From a virus (taxonomy: Duplodnaviria; Caudoviricetes), in the IMG/VR virus record IMGVR_UViG_2974736276_000001, positions 32,001 through 96,000 of that record: a stretch of DNA of 64,000 bases; one strand, 5' to 3'. The position numbers were made by a program, and so were the translations under genes. Below are positions 43,208-54,644 of the stretch, piece after piece; the stretch's first letter is position 1; each line of letters opens with the position of its first letter. The notes below the pieces were generated by a model. It made no database searches, was not told the DNA's origin, and worked only from the letters and a program-made list of their open reading frames with translations.

Positions 43208-44037
43208 ACATCTCGCCAAACTTTATTCGCAGAATAACGCTTACCTTGACTCTGGAAGCTCTGCAGAGGTAACATCACGACATTAGCCCAATCAGCTGGT
43301 TTGATTTCGACTAGTTGTCCTTTAATGTTCTGTGGCAGATAAGCTTTTATCATCTTATCTGCACCTTTAAATCCTTTCACTTTTGACCAATCAATCTTTA
43401 ACTTCGTGCTATTCGTGATTGTTGGAGTAGATGCATATTGTTTCAGTAGTTCTTCTAAGAACTGTTGGCGAGCCTTCGGTGGAATGTAGTGCAAGTTCAG
43501 CCCATACATTAATGTAGATGAACCTTGCTTTCCTAGACCGAGGTATATAATCAAAGGGAATTTATCCCAGTATGGCAAAGTATCTTTGTGCTTAGCATCA
43601 TACATATATGCATACAATTTACCAGGTTGCGGCTTGGTTACTTTATGACCTCTGATATTTTTACTTAGAGTATCAGCGAACCATTTAGCAGATTTGTTAT
43701 TGACAGCAGCACCTTCATTCTTTATCTTATCTCTGATAGAACTTCTGAAGCTGTTAATTAGAATGAGTTGTCTTTCTGCTTTCGTTAACTTATTTCCGGG
43801 TGTTTTCTCGAGCTTTTCTATCTTGATTGCAGTCTTTATTGCAGAAGAATAACGAGACATTGCCTTGGTGAAAGAAGCGTAATTTATTCCTTTCTTATCT
43901 GCGAATTCTTTAGATGAAACACCCTTCAATTTAGCATGATGAAACTCTACACCAATCTGAACCCATTGAGTTTCGTTTTTCGATGGTGCTCTTGCTCTCG
44001 GTGTCGAGGCTTCATTGATGATCTCAAAAATAGCCAT
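43204..44037 (-). CDS. 2: DNA end protector gp2
   Basis: [18 protein letters not shown]...[12 protein letters not shown]. Confidence 0.95.
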   Translation of the reverse strand: MAIFEIINEASTPRARAPSKNETQWVQIGVEFHHAKLKGVSSKEFADKKGINYASFTKAMSRYSSAIKTAIKIEKLEKTPGNKLTKAERQLILINSFRSSIRDKIKNEGAAVNNKSAKWFADTLSKNIRGHKVTKPQPGKLYAYMYDAKHKDTLPYWDKFPLIIYLGLGKQGSSTLMYGLNLHYIPPKARQQFLEELLKQYASTPTITNSTKLKIDWSKVKGFKGADKMIKAYLPQNIKGQLVEIKPADWANVVMLPLQSFQSQGKRYSANKVWRDV

Positions 44038-44486
44038 CAGCCTTTCCATCCTATTTTCTTAAGTGATTTTTCTGTCAGCAATCTAAATTTTATATTGTGT
44101 TTGTCTGCTTGTACCTGCGCAGCTTTCCATTTATCTTGGTTTACACTCCAAGTATAGACTTCATCAATATATCTTTTCTTTGCGCTGGTTGTTAATTTAG
44201 AAGGCGGGACAGGTGGTTGTGTTTCTTTGAAAGGTTTAACCTCAAAGAAGAATTCCTGACCGTCATCAAACTTTGCCCAGAAATCCATGAAATATCTTCT
44301 CTTCTTACCGTCAGCATTGCTGAAATAAGGAATGATAGTTTCTTCGCTATTCCATTTGACTACGTTAGGATGATTATCTAACCATCTCATAACGTATTGT
44401 TCCCAAGAAGAACGGTAGGTGATTTTTCTGAAGTCACCTTTATATTTCTGTAAATTCTGGGGCATAAATCTCCCGCTATAAGCCAT
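44037..44486 (-). CDS. 4: Head completion nuclease gp4
   Basis: MAYSGRF.P.N..KYKGD...YRSSWE. Confidence 0.95.
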   Translation of the reverse strand: MAYSGRFMPQNLQKYKGDFRKITYRSSWEQYVMRWLDNHPNVVKWNSEETIIPYFSNADGKKRRYFMDFWAKFDDGQEFFFEVKPFKETQPPVPPSKLTTSAKKRYIDEVYTWSVNQDKWKAAQVQADKHNIKFRLLTEKSLKKIGWKG

Positions 44487-44500
44487 GAGAGTTCCCCTTT

Positions 44501-44531
44501 TATAAATATACTAAAACCTATCATATTTATA
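44501..44531. promoter_or_regulatory. Divergent late promoters
   Basis: TATAAATA on + (44501) and on - (44524-44531). Confidence 0.9.
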
Positions 44532-44542
44532 GGAGATAAATT

Positions 44543-45118
44543 TTGATCTTTTCATTTTTCGACCCAATTCAATATTCAGCCAAGACTGTTAGCGCATCAG
44601 CTCCTACATTAACGCTTACTGACATCTTTAGAAATTATAGAGCATACTTTAACCGAGTAGTAGTTAACTATCGTCTTAAAACGTATTACATCAGCGGCGC
44701 ACCTCGTCCTGAAGATTTATCATATCAGCTTTACGGAAACACTCAGTACTACTGGTTGCTTTTGATGGCTAATAACATTTACGATCCATATCATGGGTGG
44801 ATTCAGTCTCAGGAAGCTTCTTATCAAGGCGCTATCCAAAGATATTCTCAAGTCGGTGGAGAGCAAGTTCTATATCATATTAATGCCGAAGGAGAAAAAT
44901 ACTGGAACTTAGTAGAGTATCCAGAAAATTCTAATTTATGGTATGACAAAGGTGATGTAGATCATGAGTATCTTCAATACAATGGTGCATTAGCTCCTAT
45001 TGATACTTATGAAGATGCTATTCGTCGTAACGAAGCTAAACGTTCAATTAAAATAGTCGATCCGAGTGACGTAGAATCATTCATTTCTGCTCTTATCAAA
45101 GAGATGGAGAAAGAATAA
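44543..45118 (+). CDS. 53: Baseplate wedge gp53
   Basis: PRPEDLSYQLYGNTQYYWLLL. Confidence 0.95.
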   Translation: MIFSFFDPIQYSAKTVSASAPTLTLTDIFRNYRAYFNRVVVNYRLKTYYISGAPRPEDLSYQLYGNTQYYWLLLMANNIYDPYHGWIQSQEASYQGAIQRYSQVGGEQVLYHINAEGEKYWNLVEYPENSNLWYDKGDVDHEYLQYNGALAPIDTYEDAIRRNEAKRSIKIVDPSDVESFISALIKEMEKE

Positions 45119-46869
45119 TGTTTTTAATGAGAAACAACATCGAGTATTTCATCGGTGTAGTAGAAGATCGCATGGACCCTTTAAAGCAGGGTCGTGTACG
45201 TGTACGCGTATTTGGCGATCATCCACCTATGAAAGCACAAGGTGCAGTCAATGGTATTCCCACATCTGATTTAGGCTGGATGAGTATTGTACAATCTACT
45301 AACTCTGCCGCGATGTCAGGTATCGGTGGTGCAGTGACTGGAATGGTAGAAGGAACAAAGGTTTACGGCCACTGGCTTGACAAGTATCACACGAATGGAA
45401 TCATCATTGGAAGTATAGGTAGTCAGCACCTGAGTAAACCTAATAACACTCTAGGCTTCTCTGATCCTACAGGTCAGTATCCACTTTACCTCGGTAACGA
45501 CACCAACCCGTTAAACGAGGGAGGCACGGTGGGTGATGGTTATACTACTAACATTATCCAAGACTCAAACCTCGACACGGGTATTAACCCTGATGATACA
45601 GATCTTTCTGATATTCCCGAAGATCCAGATCCAGATTACACGATTGAAGCTATGCTTCGTCGTGATGAAGGTCTACGAGTTAAAGTGTATTGGGACACCG
45701 AAGGTTATCCTACTATCGGTATCGGTCACTTAATTACATCTACTCAAACAAGAGATATGGCAGCAATTAACGCTGAACTATCGAAACAAGTCGGTCGTAC
45801 TGTAACTGGTAATCCAGGAACAATCTCAGTAGAAGAAGCATCAGCGTTATTCAAGAAAGATGTTGAAAAAATGCTTGCTGATATTGTTCGTAATGCTACT
45901 GTCGGACCAGTTTGGGCTAAGATGAATGGTTCACGCAAATTAGCATTAGAAAATATGTGTTTCCAGATGGGTGTAGGTGGTGTAGCTAAATTCCAAAGAA
46001 TGCTTGCTGCAATGTTTATCGGTGACTGGAAATCTGCTTATAAAGAAGCACGCAGTTCAGTGTGGTATTCTCAGACTAAAGGTCGTGCATCTCGTGTTTC
46101 AAATATTATTCTCGTCGGTAACTTAGAGTCATACGGAATTATGGCACCAGCTCGTACTGCAAAATCTGTAGGTGCAGCTGCAACAGCAATTTCAAATGAC
46201 AATCCAGAAGATCCGTATACTCCTACAGATTCTCGTATTCTGTTTAAAGAACCTGAGTCGAGCTATAAAGGCGAATATCCTTATGTTCAGACTATGCATA
46301 CTGAAGGTGGTCATGTACAGGAATTCGATAACACACCAGGATATGAACGCTACAGACTTTATCATCCGACTGGATCATATGTTGAAGTAGCACCAGATGG
46401 TCGCAGAACAACCAAATCAGTTGCTGATGATTATTTCATGGTCCAAGGTGACGGTAACAAATATATCGCCGGCGATTCTCATACTAACGTTGGTGGTGAT
46501 GAAGTTTACTATAACATGGGTAATCTTCGTCGTCAGACTGACGGAACAGAAAACATTTTTATTAGAGGAGACGATACAAAAACTGTTGAAGGTGATGGTA
46601 CTGTCATAATTAAAGGAAATCTTAAAATTATCGTTCAAGGTGATGCATCTATCGAAGTTCAAGGTAATGCAGACGTTGACGTAAAAGGTAATTGTGACAC
46701 CACTGTTGAAGGTGATTATTCTTTGAAAGTAGGCGGAAATGTTACTTGGACTGTCGGCGGTACAGTATCGCAGAATGTCACAGGTGCATGGACTCAAACT
46801 ATGCAAACTATGTCTTCAAAAGCAAGTGGAAACTACGCTATTGACGGTTCACGTGTCGATATTGGCTAA
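45118..46869 (+). CDS. 5: Baseplate hub / tail lysozyme gp5
   Basis: GVVEDRMDPLK.GRVRVR; lysozyme domain; VxGxxxxx beta-helix repeats. Confidence 0.97.
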   Translation: MFLMRNNIEYFIGVVEDRMDPLKQGRVRVRVFGDHPPMKAQGAVNGIPTSDLGWMSIVQSTNSAAMSGIGGAVTGMVEGTKVYGHWLDKYHTNGIIIGSIGSQHLSKPNNTLGFSDPTGQYPLYLGNDTNPLNEGGTVGDGYTTNIIQDSNLDTGINPDDTDLSDIPEDPDPDYTIEAMLRRDEGLRVKVYWDTEGYPTIGIGHLITSTQTRDMAAINAELSKQVGRTVTGNPGTISVEEASALFKKDVEKMLADIVRNATVGPVWAKMNGSRKLALENMCFQMGVGGVAKFQRMLAAMFIGDWKSAYKEARSSVWYSQTKGRASRVSNIILVGNLESYGIMAPARTAKSVGAAATAISNDNPEDPYTPTDSRILFKEPESSYKGEYPYVQTMHTEGGHVQEFDNTPGYERYRLYHPTGSYVEVAPDGRRTTKSVADDYFMVQGDGNKYIAGDSHTNVGGDEVYYNMGNLRRQTDGTENIFIRGDDTKTVEGDGTVIIKGNLKIIVQGDASIEVQGNADVDVKGNCDTTVEGDYSLKVGGNVTWTVGGTVSQNVTGAWTQTMQTMSSKASGNYAIDGSRVDIG

Positions 46870-47363
46870 TGGCAGATATCATACCCGTAAATACATCGCT
46901 CCCCCAAATTCAAGAAGGGGGAGCAGTTTCTCAATCATTTTCAGCTCAATTGGCAGCAAATGAAACTTTAGTAGATTTAAAAATTACTAAATATGAAAGC
47001 ACAGATGGTATTATAGTCGGCGATACTTCATTCTCTGGAACTTATAATAGTGTATTTTCTTTTGAAGCAGGTGCATTAAAATATCGCCAAGGTGATGAAC
47101 TTAAAACTGCTTCATCCTGGGATGAATTACCTGCTGATTCAGATCTGTATGAATGGATAGCTCCTAGAAGCCTCAAGAGGACTTTTTCATACACAGTTGT
47201 AATGACATACAATATTACAACAGAAACCTCTACAGGTGAATCTGGAGGAACATCTACTACCGTTCAAGAACAAACTATTACTAAGACTTACACCCAGCTT
47301 GTTTACGGCAATTGGAACAAGTGGGCAGACAAACTTAGAGCACACGTTTACGCTAGAGGATAA
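46869..47363 (+). CDS. 5.1: gp5.1-like protein
   Basis: Synteny and sequence. Confidence 0.85.
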   Translation: MADIIPVNTSLPQIQEGGAVSQSFSAQLAANETLVDLKITKYESTDGIIVGDTSFSGTYNSVFSFEAGALKYRQGDELKTASSWDELPADSDLYEWIAPRSLKRTFSYTVVMTYNITTETSTGESGGTSTTVQEQTITKTYTQLVYGNWNKWADKLRAHVYARG

Positions 47364-47364
47364 C

Positions 47365-47658
47365 ATGGCGGGATTATCTTTTAACCAAGCCTTAACAGCA
47401 GGTCATGATGACTTTCCACCTACTGTTGTTAATTCTACTCAATCAAAAGTTTTCGTAGGTGGAATTCCAGTCTTGGTTGAAGGAGATCAAATTACTCCTC
47501 ATACTAGAATAGTTGAACCTTACGATACACATACAGGTTCAGTTCAACCAAGAACATCTAAAATTTATGTTACTGGAAAAAAGGCCGCTCAAATGGCTGA
47601 CCCTATTTCATGCGGCGATACAATTGCCCAATCTTCAAGTAAGGTGTTTATAAAATAA
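47365..47658 (+). CDS. 5.4: PAAR spike tip gp5.4
   Basis: GHDDFPPT...ITPH...H...MADPISCGD. Confidence 0.93.
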   Translation: MAGLSFNQALTAGHDDFPPTVVNSTQSKVFVGGIPVLVEGDQITPHTRIVEPYDTHTGSVQPRTSKIYVTGKKAAQMADPISCGDTIAQSSSKVFIK

Positions 47659-49616
47659 TGGCAACTACAACTAATCAACCAGTAAATTATCAATTAACAC
47701 GCACCGTGAATGCTATCCCTGATGTATTTTCGGGTGCTACATTTGAAGAAATCAAATCAGATCTTTTGGACTGGATTTCTTCTCAAGACGAGTTCAAGGA
47801 TTATGATTTCGTTGGTTCTCGTTTAAACATTCTTTTGGATTTACTTGCGTATAACACACTTTATATTCAGCAATTCAGTAACACTGCTGTATATGAATCA
47901 TTTATTCGTACTGCAAACTTACGTAGTTCAGTAGTTCAAGCTGCACAAGACGCAGGATATTTCCCAGCATCTAGATCAGCTGCAGAATCAGCAATTCTTT
48001 TAACATGCACTCACAGCTTAAATCCAACGAGTATTCGCATTCCTCGTGGTACTAAGTTCCTGGCTTACGCTCGTGATGCATCTGCTGATCCATATTCATT
48101 CGTTGTTCTAGAAGATGTTATTGCAGTACGTGACATCAATTCGCAGTATTTGCCTATTGTTAAATTGGCGCAAGGTAGATTTATTCGTACTCAATTAACA
48201 TACGATCCAGCTACGCCTATTTTAATTCGCGATGAAGACATTGATCGAAATCAAGTTCGTGTATTTGTCGATGGCGCAGAATGGACTAACTGGACGCGTA
48301 AATCAATGGTGCATGCTGGTTCAGCATCTACAATTTATTACATGCGCGAGACTATTGACGGACACACTGAATTTTATTTCGGTGAAGGTACTCAAAACAC
48401 TGACGTTACTTCGGGTGTATTGAATGTTAACTATGTTGGTGGCCTTAAACCTCTGCAAGGCGCTACAGTTGTTATTGAATATCTTCGTACTGACGGTGAA
48501 GAAGCAAACGGTGCTACTGATTTTAGTTATGCAGATTCACTTCAATATATTTCGGTAGTTAAAGTCACAGAGAATTATGATAGCTCTGCGGATTATGTAG
48601 GTGCTGATGGCGGCGGCGATCCAGAGAATATTGAGCGTATTCGTGAATTGGCTGTAGTTAAGCGTGAAGCTCAAATGCGTGCAGTAACAGCTACTGATTA
48701 TGAAACATTCGTATCTGAAAGATTTGGTTCTATTGTTCAAGCAGTACAATGTTTTACTGACAATAACAAACCTGGTTATGCATTCATCGCTATTAAACCT
48801 AAATCAGGATTACTTCTTACTCAGGTTCAGCGTGAAGATGTACAAGATTATCTTGCAGATTATAATCTTGCACCTATCACTCCAGCTGTTATTTCACCAA
48901 ACTATCTGTTTTTGAAACATGATATTAAAGTGACTTACTCTGTGAATAAACTTCAAGAATCTGAGCAGTGGTTGCAGAACCAAATCATTACTAAAATTGA
49001 TGATTATTATACTGCTGATGTAGAAGTGTTTAATGCTTCATTCGCTAAATCCAAGATGCTAACTTATATTGATGAAGCTGATCATAGTATTATCGGTTCT
49101 AATGCAACTATCAGTATGGTTCGTGAAGTAGATAACTTCTATTCTACTCCTGAATCTGGTATTAAATATTATAATACAGTATCTTCTCAATCAGTTGTAT
49201 CTGATGTCTTCTCATTCATTGCAACAAGCGAATTATCGTATGACATTAGAATCGCTGCTACTGCGGCTGATGCATCTGGTGATGGTAAAATTGTCGTAGG
49301 TCCATTCCGCGATGGTGATATCACAGAGAATGAAAACATAAAGCCATACACAGGAACAGATTTTAATAAATTGACAGTGACTGACGGCCGCGATAAATAT
49401 TACGTGATTGGTGAAATCAATTACTTCTCGGATTACATTTACTGGAACTTCGGTGCCATTGATGTTGAATCAGATAAGTTTGAAGTCCAGTCAATCGAAT
49501 TATTCGCTGGACCAACATCAGATGTCATTTTCTCTAGTGATGGTTCATTAATTGTATTTGAGAATGATCTTCGTCCTCAATACACCACGATTACAATGGA
49601 GCCTATTACCCAATGA
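47658..49616 (+). CDS. 6: Baseplate wedge gp6
   Basis: DYDFVGSRLNILLDLLAYNT. Confidence 0.97.
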   Translation: MATTTNQPVNYQLTRTVNAIPDVFSGATFEEIKSDLLDWISSQDEFKDYDFVGSRLNILLDLLAYNTLYIQQFSNTAVYESFIRTANLRSSVVQAAQDAGYFPASRSAAESAILLTCTHSLNPTSIRIPRGTKFLAYARDASADPYSFVVLEDVIAVRDINSQYLPIVKLAQGRFIRTQLTYDPATPILIRDEDIDRNQVRVFVDGAEWTNWTRKSMVHAGSASTIYYMRETIDGHTEFYFGEGTQNTDVTSGVLNVNYVGGLKPLQGATVVIEYLRTDGEEANGATDFSYADSLQYISVVKVTENYDSSADYVGADGGGDPENIERIRELAVVKREAQMRAVTATDYETFVSERFGSIVQAVQCFTDNNKPGYAFIAIKPKSGLLLTQVQREDVQDYLADYNLAPITPAVISPNYLFLKHDIKVTYSVNKLQESEQWLQNQIITKIDDYYTADVEVFNASFAKSKMLTYIDEADHSIIGSNATISMVREVDNFYSTPESGIKYYNTVSSQSVVSDVFSFIATSELSYDIRIAATAADASGDGKIVVGPFRDGDITENENIKPYTGTDFNKLTVTDGRDKYYVIGEINYFSDYIYWNFGAIDVESDKFEVQSIELFAGPTSDVIFSSDGSLIVFENDLRPQYTTITMEPITQ

Positions 49617-52600
49617 CTATAAAAGCACCCTTCGTTACCAGTTTACGAATTGGTAAGCTGTCAGCGAATCAGGTACTTATTCAGTGGGATAGCGTTGGTT
49701 CTAATTTCTATTACTTTGTAGAAATTGCACAAACTCGTGATCAGAATGGGGTGGAGTTATCCACCTCTGATTATCAGTGGCGTAACCTCGGCTATACACC
49801 AGATAATGACTGGTTCGAAGAAACATATATTACCCCTTTGTCATATTTCAAAATGCGTGTTAGTGTTGCAGCTGAAGGGTTTGATCGCTCAGATTGGGTT
49901 ACGACTGAAGAGTTCCAGACTTTTGAAACCAATGCATACACATTCGAAATGATGAATGAACTGACATTGGTAAATAAATTCATCTCAGAAAAATTTACAA
50001 AAAATAACACGAGTTACGTTGATTTCAATACTGATACTATCGTAGCTTCTTTGATGAATGAATCATTCCAATTCAGTACAGAATATTCTGATATTTCTTC
50101 TATCAGCAACTATATTGTGTCTGAAGATGAGTATCATGAAATTCAAGGAGAAATCGAGAAGGTTTGCGTAGATAAAGATCGTACTATGCTTGCCGAGATC
50201 GATGGTGTCCTTTACTTATTTGAAAGATTCCAACCGGTTGTTAAAGTTTCTCAAGACAAAGGACAGAACTGGTACTACGTCAAGTTGTTCAATGATCGTG
50301 TAGGGAACCCAGTATCAAGAACATGTATCTACCAATCAGTTAATACTTCTTATGTTCTAGGATACGACAGGATCTTCTATGGCCGTCAATCTAACGATGT
50401 TAGATGGTCAGCTGATGATGTTAGATTCTCATCTCAAGACGTTACATTTGCGCAGCTCGGTGATCAGTTACATCTAGGATTTGATGTTGAAATCTTTGGA
50501 ACATACGCACGTTTACCTGGTGACGTAGCGAAATATGCTGAAGCATTAGCATGTACTGACGATAATCTGTATGTAGTTTCTCGTGATACAGTTCGTTATG
50601 TTAAATTAAGTAATGCTCCGATCGATACAGATCCGACTAGCACTACTTTCGGTGAAAAATTATTTGAGACAGACGTCCTGAATATCACAGGAAATGATAA
50701 AGCTGTCTGTTATAAAATGGATTCAATTAACAACAAGTTATATGCATTGATAACTGGTGAAGTAAAATCATATGGTCTGGACCCAACAGTGCCAGCTAAC
50801 GTGATTGATTCAGAGTCAAAAGGTGTTTATATTCTTGATGGCGATAAGTTCGTTCGTATCTTTGGTAATACCGAAGAAGAACGTCGTCGTATTGAACATA
50901 CCTGGACTAATATGTCTACTAATGGTGATGAAATATTCTTTAACTCAGCAGATTTCCGTTTCAATAATCTTGTTGCTGATCCAGAAACTGTAGCAAAATA
51001 CTCTGATCACGTAACATCAGCCGTGAAGTATATCCAAGACATTGAATTTCATCATCAGAAGCATTACAATATGATGTCATTCAGAGCTGGTATTGATTCT
51101 GATTATAGAACATTTACTCCAGGTCGTATGAGATATTACGCTGAGCCTTGGTTCAATTACATGCGCCGTAGCGGTGGACGTAACTGGATTAATAACTCTA
51201 ATCACGCAGTGGTAGTCTACAATGATGTTATCTTCCAGAAGAATGTAGAGAACTATGGTCCTTCATCTCCTAGTCGTATAACTCATGAAGTCTGGAATAA
51301 AGGCGAAGCCACATTCACCATGCCTAATGTTAATTTCAATGGTTTCATTAAATACGCATCTGGTGTTATGTTCCATAAAACATCTGGTGAATTGATAGCG
51401 TTCTATCAATTCAATTATCGTGTACGTGATGATGTAGATATTCTGTGGAAACCTAAGAACATCTTCTTCACTGCCGAATTGCAGAATCAGACGCATGAAA
51501 CTCCCTGGACTCCAGAAACTGATTCAGGTTTACGTGACCCAGACCTTCGTCCTCTGTTAAACAAGATGATGCCAGATGCTTATCTGCTTGAAGATTCTAA
51601 TTTCGAGAAATTCTCTGAGTACTATTTGCAGTTCCTTTCTGATGGTTACGGAACGAGCTACAATAACTTGTTGAATTTAATTCGTAATAAGTATCCTCGT
51701 GAAGAGCATGCATGGGAATATCTGTGGTCTGAAGTTTATAAGCGTAACATTTACTTAGACAAAGCTCGCCGCGATGAAGTATCAAGATTCTTTGAATCTC
51801 GTCGTTCAGATTTCTATTCGACTAAAGGTATTGAAGATTCATATAAATTCCTTTTCCGTCTTTTGTACAATGAAGATGTTGAAATTGATATTGAATCCAA
51901 GAATACTACCGAATATGACATCATCGTTGATTCTAATAACGTAAGTCAAGATCTAATTGGTAGAACCATTTACACTCCTTCTGGACGTTGTAATGTTACT
52001 TATGTTGAACGTAGCTACGTTAAAGGTAAGCTTCAGTGGACAATAACTATCCACAATATGTTAGGTCGATTCATTGTCGGACAAGAAGTTAAATCTGAGA
52101 ACTCAGCGTTTGAAGGTATGATTGTTCGTGGTGTTCGTGGTAAAGAACTGATCAGTAATTCAATCGATTACATCAATCGCGATCGTAGCTATTATGTAAT
52201 GAGAATTCGTTCAGTACTTCCTACTTCACGTTGGAAGAATGACGTATTGCGTTTTGTTCATCCAGTAGGCTTTGGATTTATCGGTGTCACTCTGTTAACG
52301 ATGTTTATTAACGTTGGACTAACGATGAAGCATACTGAAACTATTATCAATATGTACAAGAACTATCGATTCGATGCAGGTATTCCTACGATGTGGCCTG
52401 ATAGAATTGCTTCACTTGACGCTAATGGTAATATAGAACATGACCCAATCAACGGCAAACCATTGTATTTGACTTCTCCTAACGCTGGTAAAGAATTCCC
52501 TGTGCCAGATGATTATAACGAAGAGAACAATGATTCAATGCTCTGGGATTTAAATCCTACTGAACGTCGTAGAGACATGAGCCCATTATTCGATCAGTCA

Positions 52601-52708
52601 GCTGTTACTTTCTCTCAGTTCAGAGATTTAGTCAACAAGCGTTTGAAAGACGACATTGGTAATCCACGCGATCCAAGTGATCCAACACAGGTTCTAATAG
52701 ATGAGTGA
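49613..52708 (+). CDS. 7: Baseplate wedge gp7
   Basis: 1031 aa; FVHPVGFGF. Confidence 0.96.
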   Translation: MTIKAPFVTSLRIGKLSANQVLIQWDSVGSNFYYFVEIAQTRDQNGVELSTSDYQWRNLGYTPDNDWFEETYITPLSYFKMRVSVAAEGFDRSDWVTTEEFQTFETNAYTFEMMNELTLVNKFISEKFTKNNTSYVDFNTDTIVASLMNESFQFSTEYSDISSISNYIVSEDEYHEIQGEIEKVCVDKDRTMLAEIDGVLYLFERFQPVVKVSQDKGQNWYYVKLFNDRVGNPVSRTCIYQSVNTSYVLGYDRIFYGRQSNDVRWSADDVRFSSQDVTFAQLGDQLHLGFDVEIFGTYARLPGDVAKYAEALACTDDNLYVVSRDTVRYVKLSNAPIDTDPTSTTFGEKLFETDVLNITGNDKAVCYKMDSINNKLYALITGEVKSYGLDPTVPANVIDSESKGVYILDGDKFVRIFGNTEEERRRIEHTWTNMSTNGDEIFFNSADFRFNNLVADPETVAKYSDHVTSAVKYIQDIEFHHQKHYNMMSFRAGIDSDYRTFTPGRMRYYAEPWFNYMRRSGGRNWINNSNHAVVVYNDVIFQKNVENYGPSSPSRITHEVWNKGEATFTMPNVNFNGFIKYASGVMFHKTSGELIAFYQFNYRVRDDVDILWKPKNIFFTAELQNQTHETPWTPETDSGLRDPDLRPLLNKMMPDAYLLEDSNFEKFSEYYLQFLSDGYGTSYNNLLNLIRNKYPREEHAWEYLWSEVYKRNIYLDKARRDEVSRFFESRRSDFYSTKGIEDSYKFLFRLLYNEDVEIDIESKNTTEYDIIVDSNNVSQDLIGRTIYTPSGRCNVTYVERSYVKGKLQWTITIHNMLGRFIVGQEVKSENSAFEGMIVRGVRGKELISNSIDYINRDRSYYVMRIRSVLPTSRWKNDVLRFVHPVGFGFIGVTLLTMFINVGLTMKHTETIINMYKNYRFDAGIPTMWPDRIASLDANGNIEHDPINGKPLYLTSPNAGKEFPVPDDYNEENNDSMLWDLNPTERRRDMSPLFDQSAVTFSQFRDLVNKRLKDDIGNPRDPSDPTQVLIDE

Positions 52709-53711
52709 TTCAAGTGTAATTTATCGTGCTATTGTCACATCTAAATTCCGTACTGAAAAGATGCACAATTTTTATCAAAGTACAGGTGACGGTGAAGACA
52801 AGAACTCGTTATACGTTACATTCGGAAAATCTAGCCCATGGGCAGATAATGAATCGGAGGCGGGGTTTGCCCCGCCATATCCTTCCGATAATACGAATGG
52901 CGTAGTAGATATGTGGACAAATATGCTCGGTGCAGTAAAGGTTCTTCCTTCAATGCTCGATGCAATTACTCCACGAAAAGATTGGGGCGATATTGATTAT
53001 CCGAACCCTAAAAACTTCCATATTGGCGATATCGTAGTAAGTAATAGCGCTCCTTACAATAGGACTGACGTTGGTGCTGGTTGGATGGTTTATCGTTGTG
53101 TAGATGTTCCATCAGTCGGTACATGCTCAATTACTGATATCAAAGCTAAATCAGAATGTATTATGCTTGGTGGAAAATGGACTGCTTCGAGTGAAGCTAT
53201 TTATCCTCCAGCGGGACGAGGCGATACCGTAGGTTCTACTGAAGTTAATATGGGCGATGGTTATCTTTGGGAATTCTTATATGAGATTCCACCTGATGTT
53301 TCTATTAACAGATGTACGAACGAATATATTGTTGTGCCTTGGCCTTCTGAAGTTGAAGAAGATCCTAAACGTTGGGGATACGATGTAAACCTGACATGGC
53401 AGCAAGATGATTACGGTGTAATTTATCGAGTAAAAGCAAATACCATTCGATTCAAAGCTTATCTTGACTCGGTGTATTTCCCTGAAGCATCTCTTCCCGG
53501 TAATACAGGATTCCGCCAGCTTTCAATTATTGTTAACCCGTTGGAAGCTAAAGTTAAATCAACAGATCCTAACGTTAAAGCTGAAGATCTTTACTATAAT
53601 GTCATTGATCTAGAGCGTCAATCTGGTGAAATGATTTACATGGAAAATCGTCAACCAATTATTCGTGCTATGGACCAAAGCGAAGAAGTTAACATCATCT
53701 TCGAATTCTAA
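52701..53711 (+). CDS. 8: Baseplate wedge gp8
   Basis: IYRAIVTSKFRTEKM. Confidence 0.96.
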   Translation: MSDSSVIYRAIVTSKFRTEKMHNFYQSTGDGEDKNSLYVTFGKSSPWADNESEAGFAPPYPSDNTNGVVDMWTNMLGAVKVLPSMLDAITPRKDWGDIDYPNPKNFHIGDIVVSNSAPYNRTDVGAGWMVYRCVDVPSVGTCSITDIKAKSECIMLGGKWTASSEAIYPPAGRGDTVGSTEVNMGDGYLWEFLYEIPPDVSINRCTNEYIVVPWPSEVEEDPKRWGYDVNLTWQQDDYGVIYRVKANTIRFKAYLDSVYFPEASLPGNTGFRQLSIIVNPLEAKVKSTDPNVKAEDLYYNVIDLERQSGEMIYMENRQPIIRAMDQSEEVNIIFEF

Positions 53712-53713
53712 TT

Positions 53714-53749
53714 AAGGGACCTTCGGGTCCCTTTTCCCGTTTATAAATA
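53714..53749 (+). terminator. Terminator followed by late promoter TATAAATA
   Basis: AAGGGACC TTCG GGTCCCTT TT; TATAAATA at 53742. Confidence 0.85.
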
Positions 53750-53777
53750 TTACTATGATTAATATTGAGGTACTTTT

Positions 53778-54644
53778 ATGGCTATCCAGAACGCAGATAA
53801 AAAACAGCTTATAGATGTCGGTGAGATTGGTAATGCCTCTACCGGCGATATTTTATTCGATGGTGGTGAGAAAATCAACGCTGTCTTCAATCAGATGTAT
53901 AACACCTTCGGTAATAAGACTCTATCAGAAACTGCAGAAGGTGTAGGCCTACAAACTCTTTACGGTACTGGATATTTCCAGAAAGGAACTCAATTAGAGC
54001 TCTCTGCTGTAATTCCTAATGGCTCGCAATATGATATTGACACAAGTTCGGGATCACAGATAATTCGTTTATCAAAGGGTGTTCGTGGCGAATTTGTTCG
54101 TTTCTCTAATTCAAATGGTAGTTGGTCTGTTAATAATCCTTTGCTTATTTCAGCGAATGACTCATTTAAAGGTATTTCAGGCCAATTACGTGTTACTTCG
54201 CCATATTCTATTGTTGAATGCTGGTGTATTTCAGATGCTAATGGTGTTTCAACTTGGGACTACTCAATTAAGAGTATGTTTGGTGATGGTGTTGCTGCAA
54301 TTAACACTACTGTTGAATTGACTACTGAAGCAAAAACTTTAAGCATTTGCCATAAGTCTGAATATAACTTAATTAAACTTTTAATGACCGCTTCTTCTAT
54401 AACAGGAAGTAAGCAGAAATCATCTGAAGTAAATCTATTAGTTGATGCAGTTAATAACATCGTTTATAACACAGAATTCGCTTCTATCAGAGTCGGTGGA
54501 ACAAATGACGATGATGAAATTTATGACGCAACTTTTTCAATTAATGCTTCAGGGTTTGTCACAGTAGCAGTTAGAACAAGTACCGCAGGTATGAAGCTCG
54601 CTATTAAAACTATCGATACACAGAAAATCGGGGTATCTCAATAA
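53778..54644 (+). CDS. 9: Baseplate tail fiber connector gp9
   Basis: LIDVGEIGNASTGDILFDGG. Confidence 0.95.
   Translation: MAIQNADKKQLIDVGEIGNASTGDILFDGGEKINAVFNQMYNTFGNKTLSETAEGVGLQTLYGTGYFQKGTQLELSAVIPNGSQYDIDTSSGSQIIRLSKGVRGEFVRFSNSNGSWSVNNPLLISANDSFKGISGQLRVTSPYSIVECWCISDANGVSTWDYSIKSMFGDGVAAINTTVELTTEAKTLSICHKSEYNLIKLLMTASSITGSKQKSSEVNLLVDAVNNIVYNTEFASIRVGGTNDDDEIYDATFSINASGFVTVAVRTSTAGMKLAIKTIDTQKIGVSQ

Noticed and set aside
47236-47364. N-terminal extension of PAAR gp5.4 in the ORF track
   Set aside because: GAGGA RBS precedes ATG 47365, giving the expected 97-aa protein
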